Assembly: GCA_031366795.1 (NCBI GenBank)
Contig: JANLOX010000348.1
Location: 1 to 12,849 of the forward strand
Source: Candidatus Eiseniibacteriota bacterium
GTDB lineage: Bacteria; Eisenbacteria; RBG-16-71-46
Direction: 5' to 3'
Length of the DNA: 12,849 nt
Shown: positions 1-7,601 of the stretch, one piece after another
How the letters are laid out: every line of letters starts with the position of its first letter
How positions within the stretch are numbered: the first letter of the stretch is position 1
Program-made: the position numbers and the translations under genes
The notes under the pieces: generated by a model
What the model saw: the letters and a program-made list of their open reading frames with translations, nothing else
Told to the model about the DNA's origin: nothing
Database searches by the model: none

Positions 1-90
1 CAATTCAAAGCGGTTTCGCTGGCGAGTTTCCGGCTACGCGCCGAGACGGCGGCCATCGGCGTCGCGGCGTGGTGGGCTGCCCAGCCGTAA
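1..90 (+). CDS. rsmE: 16S rRNA m3U1498 methyltransferase RsmE, C-terminal fragment (5'-truncated by window edge)
   Basis: Frame 1 reads QFKAVSLASFRLRAETAAIGVAAWWAAQP* (TAA 88-90), matching the RsmE C-terminal motif (V/S)LGxRILR(A/T)ETA. rsmE upstream of rpsU is a common gene order. Not in the ORF track. Confidence 0.85.
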   Translation, partial: QFKAVSLASFRLRAETAAIGVAAWWAAQP

Positions 91-159
91 ATCCCGCAGT
101 TCATGTCAGTTAAGGACATATCAGGATCGCCTGCCGTCCGATTGATTGAAGCCGCCGTC

Positions 160-188
160 TTGACGTTTCGCGGATGCGACCCTAGACT
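160..188 (+). promoter_or_regulatory. sigma70-type promoter for the rpsU operon
   Basis: TTGACG (160-165), 17-nt spacer, TAGACT (183-188). Predicted start site near 195, giving a ~90-nt leader before rpsU. Confidence 0.75.
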
Positions 189-286
189 GCCGGTTGAATC
201 TTCGCGCCTGCACGGCACTTTTGCGTTTGAGTCCGGGTGACGTGGCGTCGCATAACTGTCTATACGGTACGAGAGGGGGGAAGTTT

Positions 287-481
287 TTGCCCGGCATCAG
301 GGTGAAGGATGGAGAATCCTTCGAAAGCGCCCTGCGTCGCTTCAAGAAAAAGTGTGAGAAGGCCGGCATCCTCTCGGATCTTCGTCGCCATCAGCACTTC
401 GAGAAGCCCAGTGAACGACGCAAGCGCAAAATGAACGCGGCCAAGCGCAAGAATATCGCGCGGCGCCAGCTAGAGGCCTGA
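287..481 (+). CDS. rpsU: 30S ribosomal protein bS21 (64 aa)
   Basis: [48 protein letters not shown] is a typical S21 sequence. TTG start at 287 follows the purine-rich SD GAGAGGGGGG (271-280). The track start at 194 adds a non-homologous extension. Confidence 0.97.
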   Translation: MPGIRVKDGESFESALRRFKKKCEKAGILSDLRRHQHFEKPSERRKRKMNAAKRKNIARRQLEA

Positions 482-1059
482 CCGAGCTGCACCTCTCCAG
501 TATCAGCTGGGTCGACGGGACGCTGATCGTCCTGGTCGTCGTCCTCGCCATCCTCGGATGGTTTCGCGGACTGGTCGCGCAATTGGCGTCAGTCGCTGCC
601 ATCGTGGGCGGGGTCTGGGTCGGCGCCGTAGTCAAACAGTGGGTGGGTAGCCATTGGCATGGCGCCCACCCCACTGTAGTTTTTTGGGCACTCGCCTGGG
701 TGGTGACCGTGCTCGCGGCCCTCACGGTGATCTCGCTCGTCAACGTGCTGGGCGACAAGCTGGGGCAGGCCTTCCAGTCGGGGCCGCTCGGGTGGCTCGA
801 TCGCGGACTGGGGATCGTCGCGGGCGCCGCACTCGGCGTGGTCTTCGCGAGCTTCATGGTGTTGGCCGCGGCGCGATTGCCGATGGGGGCGTTCGTCGAG
901 CATTCGATGTATGCGGCGCGCGCGCCGCGTCCGTTGCTCGAAGGTGGTGAAGCCGCCTGCGTGCGGTTCTCGCGATTCCCAGGTGCGCGCGGGTTGAAGA
1001 AGGAATTCGCGTTCGCGCACCGCAAGTGGGTCCGCGAGTCGCCTGTAATCCAAGCGTAA
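478..1059 (+). CDS. cvpA: CvpA (colicin V production) family membrane protein; start uncertain (CTG 478 or 487; first canonical codon is TTG 583)
   Basis: In-frame sequence upstream of 583 reads [30 protein letters not shown], the CvpA N-terminal xxDxxxxxxxxxxxxxGxxRG pattern. Several hydrophobic helices follow, plus the [17 protein letters not shown] motif. cvpA next to mutS2 is a common pairing. Confidence 0.85.
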   Translation: MTELHLSSISWVDGTLIVLVVVLAILGWFRGLVAQLASVAAIVGGVWVGAVVKQWVGSHWHGAHPTVVFWALAWVVTVLAALTVISLVNVLGDKLGQAFQSGPLGWLDRGLGIVAGAALGVVFASFMVLAAARLPMGAFVEHSMYAARAPRPLLEGGEAACVRFSRFPGARGLKKEFAFAHRKWVRESPVIQA

Positions 1060-1099
1060 CAGGGGCGCGCCGCCGCGCGCCGTTGGAAGGCGGACCATC

Positions 1100-3511
1100 G
1101 TGGACGATCACGCACTCAAATTACTCGAGTTCGATCGCGTTACCGGATCGATCGCGGATCGTGCCACATCGCCCGCCGGCCAGCGGAGATTGTCGTCCTG
1201 GCGTCCCATCGCCGTGCGCCAGGAACGCACGCTCGAGAACGCGCGCCTCGCCGAAGCGATTCGTCGCGCCGCCGAGCCGGGCGAGTGGTTGTTCCACGGT
1301 CGCGGTGATCTCGAAACGATGCTGGGCTTGAGCGATGACCCGGCCGAGGTGCTCGACGGACCGGCGTTGCGTAAGGTGGCCAGCTGGCTCGAGGCTTCGC
1401 GGCTGACGCACCTGGCGTGGACGCGCGAGATTCGTGAGCGCTACCCCGCTCTCGCGAGCACCGTCGATGGCCTGCCGCGCATCGACGCGCTGGAGCGCGA
1501 ACTCGTCGACGCGCTCGATGACGAGGGCCAAGTGCGCGACGAGGCCTCGCCCGTCCTGCGCAAGGCGCGCGCAGCGCTTCGCGAGGGCGAGCGCGGGCTC
1601 GAACGCCAGCTCGAGCGATGGGCGCGCGGCTTCGGCGAGGGCACTTATGTCACCCGCCACGCCGACCGCTTCGTGGCGCTGGTGCCGGCCGCGGGGTTCT
1701 CGCGCAAGTTGGGCATCGTGCATGACGTTTCGGCGACGGGACATTCGTTGTTCGTCGAGCCGCTCGAGATGTGCGAGGCCAACAATCGCCTGCTCGAGCA
1801 GCGCGCGGTGGCACTCGAAGAAGAGCGCCGCATCCTGCGCGCGCTGGAGGCCGCCGTGAAGGCTGCGCGGCTTGAGTTGGACCTGCTGGCGGCGGCGCTC
1901 GCCCATCTCGACACGCTGTCGGCGCGCGCGCGTTGGGCGTTGGACCACGGGGGCCGGGCACTGGACCCGGGTGGCGATGCCCTGATCCTCAACCAGGCGC
2001 GGCATCCCTTGTTGATCGAAGCGCTGGGATTTGAAAAGGTCGTGCCGCTCGACTTGCGGCTCGAAGGCGGCGCGCGACTGCTGTTGGTGAGCGGGCCGAA
2101 CATGGGCGGCAAGACGGTCGGGCTCAAGCTGACGGGGCTCGCCGCCGCACTCGCGCACGCCGCGCTCCCGGTGCCGGTGGGCGAGGGCAGCCGCGTGCCC
2201 GAGCTCGAAACGATTCACGTGGATCTCGGCGACGAGCAGTCGATTTCGCAGGGGCTCTCGACCTTTGCGGCTCACCTGCGCACGCTGGGAATGATGGCGC
2301 GCGATGCGGGACCGAAAGCGCTGGTGTTGTGCGATGAGCTGGGTGCGGGCACCGACCCCGACGAAGGCGCCGCACTAGGTCAGGCGCTGATCGAACACTT
2401 TGTAGTGCGCGGCACGTGGGGCGTGCTGACGACCCATCTCGGTTCGCTCAAGCGCGCCGTGGGTGCGATGACCGGTGTTGCCAATGCGGCGATGGAGTTC
2501 GACGCGGATGGATTGGGTCCGCGCTACCGCCTGCGCGCGGGGATGCCGGGCGCGAGCCGTGCGCTGGCGATGGCGGAACGCTTGGGCTTCGACGCCCAGC
2601 TCGTCGCGCGCGCGCGCGCCGTGACGCCCGAGACGACGCGCGCGGTCGAGAACCTGCTGCTCTCGCTGGAGCGTGTGCGCGACCAGATGGAGCAGGAACG
2701 CGCGGAGCTGGGTGTTGCGCGCCAGCGCGCCGAGGCGGCGGAGGGCGAGCTGCGCGCCGCCGAGACCGCGGCGCGCGAGTCGCTGGGCGACATGCGCAAG
2801 AACTTGACGCGTGAGAGCGATGCGTTGCTGGCGCGCGCGCGCGAGCTGTGGCAGACGATGCATCGCGAATCGCGCAAGTCGGGAGCCACGCGCGAGGCGA
2901 CGCAGGCGTTGCGCGAGGAAATGACCGCGATCGAACGCGGTACCGATGCGCTGGGGACCGCGGCGGAGCGCGCGCGTGTGGAGCTGGGTGGCGCCGACCC
3001 GATCGTGAGGGCGCCGCTCGTCATTGTCCGTGGCGCGCGTGTGCAGGTGCGTGACCTCGGTGTCGAAGCAGAGATCATCGATGGACCGGATGCGGAAGGC
3101 AAGGTGCAGCTGCGGCGCGGCGGTTGGACGATCCAGAGCCACATCAGCAAGCTCGCGCCCCTGCCAGCGAGTACGCCGGGACCCTCACGCACGGAACGGG
3201 CGACGTCGAAGAGCGCCGCCTCGAGCGCTCCCGCGGTTCATGCTTCCTGGAGCGCGCCGGACGAGGCGGCACCACTCGACGTCAATCTGCGCGGCATGAC
3301 GGTGGACGAAGCGATCATGGCCGTCGACCAGGGCCTCGATCGCGGCATCATGTCGGGGCTGTCCGAAGTGCGGTTGATCCACGGCTACGGCAAGGGTGTC
3401 CTCAAGACCGCGATCGACCGGCACCTGCGCGCGCATCCGCAGGTGGCCTCGACGCGCGTCGGCGAATCGCGCGAAGGTGGCGGCGGCGTCACGGTGGCGA
3501 AACTGCGATGA
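1100..3511 (+). CDS. mutS2: MutS2 ATPase with Smr domain (803 aa)
   Basis: N-terminal ALKLLEFDRV, ARHPLL, Walker A GPNMGGKT, GDEQSISQGLSTF, DELGAGTDPDEG, TTH, coiled coil, KOW-like segment, and C-terminal Smr (LRGMTVDEA...IHGYGKGVLK...GGGGVTV). GTG start with GGAAGG upstream (1085-1090). Confidence 0.96.
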   Translation: MDDHALKLLEFDRVTGSIADRATSPAGQRRLSSWRPIAVRQERTLENARLAEAIRRAAEPGEWLFHGRGDLETMLGLSDDPAEVLDGPALRKVASWLEASRLTHLAWTREIRERYPALASTVDGLPRIDALERELVDALDDEGQVRDEASPVLRKARAALREGERGLERQLERWARGFGEGTYVTRHADRFVALVPAAGFSRKLGIVHDVSATGHSLFVEPLEMCEANNRLLEQRAVALEEERRILRALEAAVKAARLELDLLAAALAHLDTLSARARWALDHGGRALDPGGDALILNQARHPLLIEALGFEKVVPLDLRLEGGARLLLVSGPNMGGKTVGLKLTGLAAALAHAALPVPVGEGSRVPELETIHVDLGDEQSISQGLSTFAAHLRTLGMMARDAGPKALVLCDELGAGTDPDEGAALGQALIEHFVVRGTWGVLTTHLGSLKRAVGAMTGVANAAMEFDADGLGPRYRLRAGMPGASRALAMAERLGFDAQLVARARAVTPETTRAVENLLLSLERVRDQMEQERAELGVARQRAEAAEGELRAAETAARESLGDMRKNLTRESDALLARARELWQTMHRESRKSGATREATQALREEMTAIERGTDALGTAAERARVELGGADPIVRAPLVIVRGARVQVRDLGVEAEIIDGPDAEGKVQLRRGGWTIQSHISKLAPLPASTPGPSRTERATSKSAASSAPAVHASWSAPDEAAPLDVNLRGMTVDEAIMAVDQGLDRGIMSGLSEVRLIHGYGKGVLKTAIDRHLRAHPQVASTRVGESREGGGGVTVAKLR

Positions 3512-5307
3512 GGACCGGAGCCCTGGACTCAGGCCCGCACGGCTCGCGCGAAGCGGACGACTGGGTGGAGCGCGTGCGCGCCGCAAGCGATATCGTCGAG
3601 ATCGTGGGCGAGCAGGTGGCGCTCAAGCGTGTCGGCCGCAATAGGGTCGGCCTCTGCCCGTTCCACCAGGAGAAGACCGGCTCGTTCTCGGTCAATCCCG
3701 AGCGGCAGTTCTACCACTGCTTCAGCTGCAAGGCCGGCGGCGATGTGTTCCGCTACGTGCAGGAGACTGAGCGCGTGGGATTCATCGAGGCGGTCGAGCT
3801 GCTGAGCCGGCGCGCCGGCATTGCCGTGCCCGAGCGGCGGGGCGAGGGTAAGGCCCGGCGCCCTTTGTTCGAGGCGCTCGACTCGGCGGCCTCCGCCTAC
3901 GAGCAATGGCTGGCAGATCCCACGGAGGGTGCGGGAGCACGACACTATTTAAACGAGCGCGGTGTCTCTGCCGAGACGATTCGCGAGTACCGTCTGGGGG
4001 TCTCCCCGGATGCTTGGGAGCCCCTGTCGCGTCGCCTCGGTGAACGCTTCGGGATCGACGTGCTCGTCGAGGCGGGGCTGGCGGCTCGACGCGATACGGG
4101 CAAAGGCGTGTACGATAGGTTCCGCAATCGGTTGATGGTGCCGCTTATCGCTCCCGGCGGAGACGTGGTGGGATTCGGCGCGCGGTCGTTGCAACCCGGC
4201 CAGGAACCCAAGTACCTGAATTCCGCGGAGTCGACGGTCTACCACAAGCGGGCGTTCCTGTTCGGCTATGAGCAGGCGCGACGCTTCACGCCCCGCGAGG
4301 GGGAACTCATTCTGGTCGAGGGCTATTTCGACGTGATATCGATGCACCAGGCCGGAGTCCGCAATGTCGTCGCCACCTCCGGCACCGCCCTGACGCCCGA
4401 GCACGCGAAGTTGCTGCAACGCATGGTGCCGAGCGTGGTGCTGACGTTCGACGGGGACTCGGCGGGGCAGGACGCCATGCTGCGCTCACTCGGCACGCTG
4501 CTCTCGGCAGGCCTAGAAGTGCGCATCGCGGCGATGCCCGAGGGCGAGGATCCGGACGTGCTGATCCGCCGGCGCGGCGCCCCGGCGTGGGACGCCGTGC
4601 GCGCCGAAGCGCTCGACCCGATCGACTTTGTGCAGCGGCACGGCGTGCGCCGCGGGGGACCCGGAGATGCGCGCGAACGCGGCCTGAACCTGGTGGTGGA
4701 GCTGGCGCAGCAGATCGCCGACCCCATGCGGCTCCGGCTGTTTTTGGAGCGCGGATCGCGTGTTTTTGGGGTGCCTGAAGAGGTTTTGGTGCGGGCGGCG
4801 TCGCTCAAGCGATCGGGCCAGCGATCCGAAGCACCCGTTCAGGCCGCAATTCGCGTACAGTCCACCAGCGATACCTATGTCGAGCGGCAACTCTTGCAGG
4901 CACTGCGGATGGCGCCCGAGCATCTCGAAGCGGTGCGGCCGCATCTAACGCCTGATGAGTTCCAGGACCCGGTGTGCCGGGAACTGGCGGAAGCGGCGTG
5001 GCAGGGCGAGGAGCCCGGCAGCGTTGCGTCGCAGTCGCTCGACCGTGAACTATTGTCGGTTGCCGAGGAAGGTTTGGATTGGCCGGCCGTGGTGACCGGC
5101 GCATTGCGGCGGATGATCGTGCGCCGGCTCGAACGCCGGCGGCGTGAAGTCCAGCTGCGGCTGCAGCGTGTGCAGAGAGACCGGCCGGGTGAGACGGCGG
5201 ACATGCAGGACTTGATGAACGAGTACCAACGGTTGACGCTGGAGATTCGGACCCTGGATCGCGGCGAAGCGATGCCGGGACCTAAGGATGTGCTTCCCCC
5301 CAACTGA
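3508..5307 (+). CDS. dnaG: DNA primase (599 aa)
   Basis: CHC2 zinc finger [11 protein letters not shown]...[39 protein letters not shown] / DGDSAG / DPD. ATG 3508 overlaps the mutS2 stop (ATGA). The track start at 3124 lies inside mutS2. Confidence 0.97.
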   Translation: MRTGALDSGPHGSREADDWVERVRAASDIVEIVGEQVALKRVGRNRVGLCPFHQEKTGSFSVNPERQFYHCFSCKAGGDVFRYVQETERVGFIEAVELLSRRAGIAVPERRGEGKARRPLFEALDSAASAYEQWLADPTEGAGARHYLNERGVSAETIREYRLGVSPDAWEPLSRRLGERFGIDVLVEAGLAARRDTGKGVYDRFRNRLMVPLIAPGGDVVGFGARSLQPGQEPKYLNSAESTVYHKRAFLFGYEQARRFTPREGELILVEGYFDVISMHQAGVRNVVATSGTALTPEHAKLLQRMVPSVVLTFDGDSAGQDAMLRSLGTLLSAGLEVRIAAMPEGEDPDVLIRRRGAPAWDAVRAEALDPIDFVQRHGVRRGGPGDARERGLNLVVELAQQIADPMRLRLFLERGSRVFGVPEEVLVRAASLKRSGQRSEAPVQAAIRVQSTSDTYVERQLLQALRMAPEHLEAVRPHLTPDEFQDPVCRELAEAAWQGEEPGSVASQSLDRELLSVAEEGLDWPAVVTGALRRMIVRRLERRRREVQLRLQRVQRDRPGETADMQDLMNEYQRLTLEIRTLDRGEAMPGPKDVLPPN

Positions 5308-5323
5308 GGGAGAGACACCATAC

Positions 5324-7129
5324 ATGGTGGCTGCGACGAGCAAAGTTAAGGCGAACCTCAAGAAGGACAAGTTGGAGCAGCGCCGCCGTCTCGATGAAAT
5401 CAAGACGCTGGCGATCCGGCAGGGCTATGTGACCGAGGACCAGGTCATGTTCCTGCTCGACGAGGATCTCGATCCCGAACTCCAGGTCGAGCAGATGGAC
5501 GAAATCCACGGCATGCTCAGCACCATGCACATCGAGGTGTTCGCCAGCGAGGAAGAGGCGCACGAGCGGTTGAAGAAGCTGCGCAAGCTCGAGGACAAGA
5601 AGTCGAGCGTGTCGCAGAAGCCGACGGTGGCCCAGCCGGTCCGCTACGACGATCCCGTGCGCATGTACCTGCGCGAAATGGGCAAGGTGCCGCTGCTCAC
5701 GCGCGAAGGCGAAGTCGAAATCGCGCGGCGTATCGAAGCCGGTGAGCGCCAGGTCGTCTCGGCGCTGTTCAAGGCCGAGCCCGCGGTGCGCGAGATTCGC
5801 GGCATGCTCAAGCAGTTGAAGGAAGGCCTGCTCAAGGTCGAGGACTTCATCAAGATCGACGAGCTCGCCGTCACTGAGCAGGCGCTCAAGAAGGAACGCC
5901 AGCGCGCGGTGCGCATCCTCGAGCGCGTGTTCGTGCTGCAGAAGCGGCACAACGACCAGGTCGACAAGCAGGCGGCCCGCATGGCCGAGAAGCTGCGCAA
6001 TAACTTCCAGGCCAACTTCGCGAAGGTCGAGGCCGAGCTGCAACAGGAGCTCAACAAGCTGTCGATCAACCCGCGCACCGTCGAGCGGCTTGCCGTGCCG
6101 CTGCGGGCGTCGGCGGAGCACATGCTGCAGATCGACGAGGAGGTCGACGGACTCGAACGCCAGTACGGGCATGCCGTCGAGGACATCAACGCGTTCTCCC
6201 GCCGGCTCAAGAAGGGGCCGAAGGAATTGCGCGCGGTGAAGCGGGAGTCGGGGCTCGAGCCGGCGCAGGTCGCCGAGTTCCTCGAGCAGCTGCGCAACTT
6301 GAAAAAGCGCCAGAAGGAACTCGAGACCGAGTGCCGCATGAGCCGCGAGCACCTGCTCGAACTCTATCGCCAGCTCACCGACGGCGGCCGCGCCACCGGA
6401 CAGGCGAAGAAGGAGATGATCGAGGCGAACGTGCGGCTCGTGATTTCGATCGCCAAGCGCTACACCAATCGCGGTCTCGAATTCCTCGACCTGATCCAGG
6501 AAGGCAATTCGGGACTGATGCGCGCGGTGGACAAGTTCGACTACACCAAGGGCTACAAGTTCTCGACGTACGCCACGTGGTGGATCCGCCAGGCCATCAC
6601 GCGCGCCATCGCCGACCAGGCCCGCACGATCCGTGTGCCGGTGCACATGATCGAGCACATCAATCGTGTGGTGCGCGTCTCACGCCGGCTGGTGCAGGAA
6701 CTCGGGCGCGAACCGACGCCGGAAGAGATCGCGGAGCGGTTGGAGCTGCCAGTCGACAAGGTGAAGAGCATCCTCAAGGCGGCGCAGGAACCGATCTCGC
6801 TGGACCGTCCGATCGGCGAGGACGATGACTCGAACCTCGGCGACTTCATCGAAGACACGAGTGTGGTGAGCCCGGCGCATTCGGCGGCCTCGGCGATGCT
6901 GCGCGACGAAGTGAGCGACGTGCTGAAGACGCTTACCCCGCGTGAAGCCAAGGTGATCCGTCTGCGCTTTGGTCTCACCGAGGACGGCGCCCAGCGCACG
7001 CTCGAAGAGGTCGGCGCATTCTTCAACGTCACGCGCGAGCGTATTCGCCAGATCGAAGCGAAGGCGTTGCGCAAGCTGCGTCACCCCACGCGCAGCCGGC
7101 GGCTGAAGGCCTATACCGAGTTGTTGTAA
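5324..7129 (+). CDS. rpoD: Primary RNA polymerase sigma factor sigma70/RpoD (~601 aa)
   Basis: Region 1.1, region 1.2 [12 protein letters not shown], long non-conserved region, region 2 ([14 protein letters not shown]...DLIQEGN...[30 protein letters not shown]), region 4 ([28 protein letters not shown]). ATG 5324 chosen because of the GAGGGAG SD just upstream; it follows dnaG. Confidence 0.97.
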   Translation: MVAATSKVKANLKKDKLEQRRRLDEIKTLAIRQGYVTEDQVMFLLDEDLDPELQVEQMDEIHGMLSTMHIEVFASEEEAHERLKKLRKLEDKKSSVSQKPTVAQPVRYDDPVRMYLREMGKVPLLTREGEVEIARRIEAGERQVVSALFKAEPAVREIRGMLKQLKEGLLKVEDFIKIDELAVTEQALKKERQRAVRILERVFVLQKRHNDQVDKQAARMAEKLRNNFQANFAKVEAELQQELNKLSINPRTVERLAVPLRASAEHMLQIDEEVDGLERQYGHAVEDINAFSRRLKKGPKELRAVKRESGLEPAQVAEFLEQLRNLKKRQKELETECRMSREHLLELYRQLTDGGRATGQAKKEMIEANVRLVISIAKRYTNRGLEFLDLIQEGNSGLMRAVDKFDYTKGYKFSTYATWWIRQAITRAIADQARTIRVPVHMIEHINRVVRVSRRLVQELGREPTPEEIAERLELPVDKVKSILKAAQEPISLDRPIGEDDDSNLGDFIEDTSVVSPAHSAASAMLRDEVSDVLKTLTPREAKVIRLRFGLTEDGAQRTLEEVGAFFNVTRERIRQIEAKALRKLRHPTRSRRLKAYTELL

Positions 7130-7154
7130 CGCCAAGCGGTGTCAGGCCGTTGGC

Positions 7155-7184
7155 TTGACACCACTTCCGGCGCAGTGATACAGA
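7155..7184 (+). promoter_or_regulatory. Putative promoter for the tRNA pair
   Basis: Perfect -35 TTGACA (7155-7160). The -10 is imperfect: TG-a-TACAGA (7176-7184) at an 18-nt spacer, lacking the final T. Lies about 40 nt before the first tRNA. Confidence 0.45.
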
Positions 7185-7222
7185 GTTTCTTCTTCGGCCG
7201 TACAGGGCCAGTGCCTGTCGCT

Positions 7223-7296
7223 GGGCCCATAGCTCAGCGGTCCAGAGCAGCCGGCTCATAACCGGTAAGACCCTGGTTCGAATCCAGGTGGGCCCA
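7223..7296 (+). tRNA. tRNA with CAT anticodon, most likely tRNA-Ile2 (lysidine); elongator Met not excluded; CCA not encoded
   Basis: Cloverleaf: acceptor GGGCCCA/TGGGCCC, D stem GCTC/GAGC, anticodon stem GCCGG/CCGGT with loop CT-CAT-AA (CAT 7257-7259), T arm CCTGG-TTCGAAT-CCAGG, discriminator A followed by CAC. Paired G1-C72 argues against an initiator. C4-G69/C5-G68 and the position after rpoD fit Ile2. Confidence 0.93.
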
Positions 7297-7349
7297 CACT
7301 TTCTTGAACCAGGAGGGTGGGGTCGAACAGGCGGCATCGCAATCGTTTT

Positions 7350-7425
7350 GGGCGAATAGCTCAGCTGGTAGAGCACCTGGATCACAACCAGGGGGTCACA
7401 GGTTCGAGCCCTGTTTCGCCCACCA
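7350..7425 (+). tRNA. tRNA-Val(CAC)
   Basis: Acceptor GGGCGAA/TTCGCCC, D stem GCTC/GAGC, anticodon stem CCTGG/CCAGG with loop AT-CAC-AA (CAC 7383-7385), T arm ACAGG-TTCGAGC-CCTGT, A73 and encoded CCA; 76 nt. Confidence 0.95.
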
Positions 7426-7554
7426 TTTCGGTAACGGCGGTTTGTGACCGCTGTCATTGGAGTCCAGAACATGGTCCGACCCGCGGGGATGCGAACGTTG
7501 CGCTGCGCCAATGCGGCGCAGCGGCCCGCGAGTGTCACGGGCAGGCTTCCCGAG

Positions 7555-7584
7555 CGGGGGCGTCCTAACGGACGCCCCCGTTTT
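7555..7584 (+). terminator. Intrinsic (rho-independent) terminator
   Basis: Perfect 11-bp stem CGGGGGCGTCC / GGACGCCCCCG with TAAC loop, followed by TTTT (short U tract). Confidence 0.75.
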
Positions 7585-7601
7585 CGTGGGGGGATCAAGC
7601 G

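Noticed and set aside
194..286. 31-aa N-terminal extension of bS21 in the ORF track
   Set aside because: It starts at about the predicted transcription start and has no S21 similarity; the SD plus TTG at 287 gives a normal-length protein.
3124..3507. 128-aa N-terminal extension of DnaG overlapping the mutS2 Smr region
   Set aside because: Arg/Gly-rich off-frame translation typical of high-GC DNA; the ATGA overlap at 3508 is the natural start.
4730..5300. T-richer 3' part of dnaG as a possible internal rpoD promoter or foreign patch
   Set aside because: Candidate hexamers (TACAGT 4856, TATTGT 5051, TTGACG 5233) have no correctly spaced partner; the region is the poorly conserved primase C-terminus and the frame is intact.
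5282..6658. 458-aa antisense ORF, and similar long minus-strand ORFs at 1121-2275, 2375-3142, 9273-10187, 10406-11533 and 11594-12379
   Set aside because: Shadow ORFs opposite well-conserved genes, expected from GC-rich codon bias; no recognisable domains.
7311..7568. AGGAGG followed by an 83-aa ORF (7317-7568)
   Set aside because: The GTG abuts the SD with no spacer, the ORF runs through tRNA-Val, and the AGGAGG is better explained as the 3' strand of the tRNA trailer hairpin.
7223..7600. Integrated element or att site at the tRNAs
   Set aside because: No integrase, no duplicated tRNA 3' end in the window, and housekeeping genes continue on both sides.
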